Shown: positions 55,707 to 57,862 of the stretch, piece after piece | Numbering within the stretch: the stretch's first letter is position 1 | Layout: each line of letters begins with the position of its first letter | IMG/VR virus record: IMGVR_UViG_3300030108_003177 | Location: 1-57,862 of that record | Direction: 5' to 3' (one strand) | Source of the DNA: a virus | Lineage: Duplodnaviria; Caudoviricetes | DNA length: 57,862 nucleotides | The notes under the pieces: model-generated | Database searches by the model: none | Seen by the model: only the letters and a program-made list of their open reading frames with translations | Told to the model about the DNA's origin: nothing | Translations under genes and position numbers: made by a program

Positions 55707-56435
55707 ATGAAGAAGAAAAGCATAGCTATTGTTGGTTTAGGCAATAGTTTTTCAGAGTACATTTTAGCTAAAATAAGAAGCGAAAAGTTTGATGAGGTTT
55801 GGGCAATAAACTCCATGTCTGGAGTAATTTATCACGATAAGTGTTTTATGATGGATCCACCATCAAGGTTTCTTGATACACCTAATGCTGGTAAACAAAC
55901 AACTATCATGTCAGATAGATTGAAACAAAAAATAAATATTCCTATTTTTAGTTGCACTTTAGATAAAAGATGTCCAGATGTTGTAGAGTTTCCATTACAA
56001 GAAGTAATTCAAAAAACTGGATATGCTTATTTTAATAATACTGTATCTTATTCATTTGCATATGCTATATCGCAAAAAGTTACAGATTTACATTTATACG
56101 GAATAGATTTTACTCACAAAGCAGTTAACTTTGCAGAAGCAGGTAGAGCTTGTTGTGAGTTTTGGTTGGCTATTGCTATATCAAAAGGTGTAAAAGTTAA
56201 CATCGCTCACAATTCATCTTTACTTGATATGAATGTGCCAAATGATCAAAAACTATATGGCTATCATAGATTAGATGATCCACTTGTCTCTACTGCTACA
56301 AATGGCAGTATGTTGATTACAAGAAAATCCAAACTAGAACCACCAGAGCCATTAGATGCAACACCAAATATAATTGGTAGAGAAGATATACCAGGTTTAA
56401 CTTATGAGGAGAAAAATAAATGGATAAAGAAATGA
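55707..56435 (+). CDS. Glycosyltransferase-like (sialyltransferase/MptE-like Rossmann) protein
   Basis: IAIVGLGNS, EVWAIN, NTV.Y..AYA, L.LYGIDF. Confidence 0.5.
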   Translation: MKKKSIAIVGLGNSFSEYILAKIRSEKFDEVWAINSMSGVIYHDKCFMMDPPSRFLDTPNAGKQTTIMSDRLKQKINIPIFSCTLDKRCPDVVEFPLQEVIQKTGYAYFNNTVSYSFAYAISQKVTDLHLYGIDFTHKAVNFAEAGRACCEFWLAIAISKGVKVNIAHNSSLLDMNVPNDQKLYGYHRLDDPLVSTATNGSMLITRKSKLEPPEPLDATPNIIGREDIPGLTYEEKNKWIKK

Positions 56436-57037
56436 CAAGAGAATTGTTTTTTTCTGTTCCCGTATTTCATTATAACATTAAACAACATGAAGAGATAAAT
56501 AAAAAACTTAAAAAAATAATTTTAGATTGGAAAGAAAAACAAGAAGGTCTGCAAGTAAGCAATGTATTAGGTTGGCATAGTAACTATGTTGAGTCTGCAA
56601 TATCTTTTGCACCAGAAAAAATTAACTTCTTCACAAATATTATTGATGAGTTGCAGAAAAAAATTTGCGAAGTAGAGGAATATAAGTTTGACCTAAAAAT
56701 AACTAGCTTGTGGGCAATGGTAAATAAAAAATATGCTTATAATACACAACATACGCATCCTGGATGTCATTGGGCTGGAGTGTATTATGTGCAGTGTCCT
56801 CCAAAATGTGGCTCTCTTGTTTTTAAAATAGGAGAACCAAGACAAGGCTATCCACAGCCAATATACAAAAAACAAAGCCATGAACTACAACAACATCAGT
56901 TTACAACTCTTCGTATTCAACCAGAAGAAGGTCAAGTGGTAATGTTTCCTAGTTGGCTTCAACATGAAGTAGAGCCTAATTTATCAGACGAAGATAGAAT
57001 TTCAATTTCTTTTAATTTAGCACAAGAGGTTAAATAA
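56420..57037 (+). CDS. 2OG-Fe(II) oxygenase (TIGR02466-like)
   Basis: SN..GWHS, HTHP....GVYYV, FPSWL.H.V.PN...RISISFN. Confidence 0.85.
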   Translation: MDKEMTRELFFSVPVFHYNIKQHEEINKKLKKIILDWKEKQEGLQVSNVLGWHSNYVESAISFAPEKINFFTNIIDELQKKICEVEEYKFDLKITSLWAMVNKKYAYNTQHTHPGCHWAGVYYVQCPPKCGSLVFKIGEPRQGYPQPIYKKQSHELQQHQFTTLRIQPEEGQVVMFPSWLQHEVEPNLSDEDRISISFNLAQEVK

Positions 57038-57324
57038 TGTTTAATGTTAATGTATCACAATTAGGAAGTGTAATTGTAAAAACCTCAGAACAAGGAGGCT
57101 TGAGTAATGAACAAATAGCAGATCTAGCTGTCGAAAAAATTGCAAGTGTATCAGAAGATGCACCTTCACATTTGAAAGAACAAGCTAAATTATTTAAAGA
57201 ACAACTGAAAGGGATAATTCATCATTATCTTCTCTTGGCAAGAAAGGAAGAGCGTGGTACAATCATTCAAGCCTTGCGATCAAGTGGTCACAAGGAAATG
57301 GCTGAATATATAAGGAGACTCTAA
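57037..57324 (+). CDS. Conserved hypothetical protein
   Basis: V.TS..GG...EQ.A.LA..KI..VS..AP...EQA..F. Confidence 0.55.
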   Translation: MFNVNVSQLGSVIVKTSEQGGLSNEQIADLAVEKIASVSEDAPSHLKEQAKLFKEQLKGIIHHYLLLARKEERGTIIQALRSSGHKEMAEYIRRL

Positions 57325-57325
57325 T

Positions 57326-57781
57326 ATGGCTATAGCACAAGCAATGTGTACTTCCTTCAAGCAAGAGTTACTAGAAGGTGTACACAATTTCAAAAACTCT
57401 GGTGGAGACACTTTTAAACTAGCTTTATACGCAGAGGGAAGTGGCGGAAAATCATCAACAACTGCAACATTAGGAGCAACAACAACTGCACTTGTAACAA
57501 CTGGTGAAGTTGCTTCAAGTGGAACTTATGCAACTGGTGGTGGTACTTTAACAAGAGTAGATCCAACTACTTCTGGAACAACTGCATTTACAGATTTTGC
57601 TGATTTAAGTTTTACAACTGCGACAATTACTGCAATGGGAGCTTTAATTTATAATAGTTCTGATAGTAATAAAGCAGTTGCTGTTTTAGATTTCACATCT
57701 AATAAAACATCTACAGCAGGCACTTTTACAATTCAATTTCCAACAGCAGACGCATCAAACGCTATTATTAGAATAGCCTAA
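57326..57781 (+). CDS. Virion structural (tail) protein
   Basis: QA.CTSFK.ELL.G.HNF, FK.ALY, GALIYN, FT.QFP.AD..NAIIRIA; SD AAGGAG. Confidence 0.65.
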   Translation: MAIAQAMCTSFKQELLEGVHNFKNSGGDTFKLALYAEGSGGKSSTTATLGATTTALVTTGEVASSGTYATGGGTLTRVDPTTSGTTAFTDFADLSFTTATITAMGALIYNSSDSNKAVAVLDFTSNKTSTAGTFTIQFPTADASNAIIRIA

Positions 57782-57862
57782 CAAAAGGCTAACCAATGGC
57801 GAACATTACTGGTTGGGGTCGAGGCACATGGGGTGAAGGAGCGTGGAACGCTCCTCTAGCCG
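57722..57862. repeat. Terminal direct repeat, right copy (141 bp)
   Basis: Identical to 4-144. Confidence 0.95.

Noticed and set aside
1-57862. tRNA genes, integrase, introns/inteins, diversity-generating retroelement, alternative genetic code
   Set aside because: No cloverleaf, recombinase or reverse transcriptase motif was seen; polA and terL are uninterrupted; standard-code ORFs tile the genome and use all three stops. A by-eye search can miss a tRNA, so tRNAscan-SE would settle that.

Overview
The window is an apparently complete, circularly permuted genome (about 57.7 kb; exact 141-bp end repeat) of an AT-rich tailed dsDNA phage. Gene content and order resemble marine short-tailed phages of the HTVC023P-like pelagiphage type. 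That assignment is from recognition, not a search, so an alphaproteobacterial host is only inferred. Modules: tail and ejection proteins (0-15.8 kb); endolysin; replication (SNF2 helicase, primase, UvrD helicase, SET-domain protein, family A DNA polymerase; 16-25.6 kb); a regulatory zone (ribbon-helix-helix protein, candidate sRNA, adenine methyltransferase, candidate origin, TerS; 25.6-29.2 kb); an early region of small acidic genes punctuated by repeated terminator/promoter hybrids (29.2-37.1 kb); then TerL, a polyvalent-type protein, portal, GroES, scaffold, capsid, a cluster of Lys-rich proteins and neck genes. No integrase, tRNA or CRISPR array was seen. Two candidate undescribed systems stand out. 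(1) A three-hairpin RNA at about 27026-27162 has an unpaired seed antisense to a conserved leader at seven promoter-proximal gene starts and a terminator loop that is the anti-Shine-Dalgarno UCCUCC; it sits in a circuit with 10-bp-periodic operator-like arrays. (2) A short Phi-x-x-G-G peptide motif is shared by about ten otherwise unrelated late proteins, including one small protein built almost entirely from it and a polyvalent protein whose domains are bracketed by it. All family names come from motif recognition by eye.
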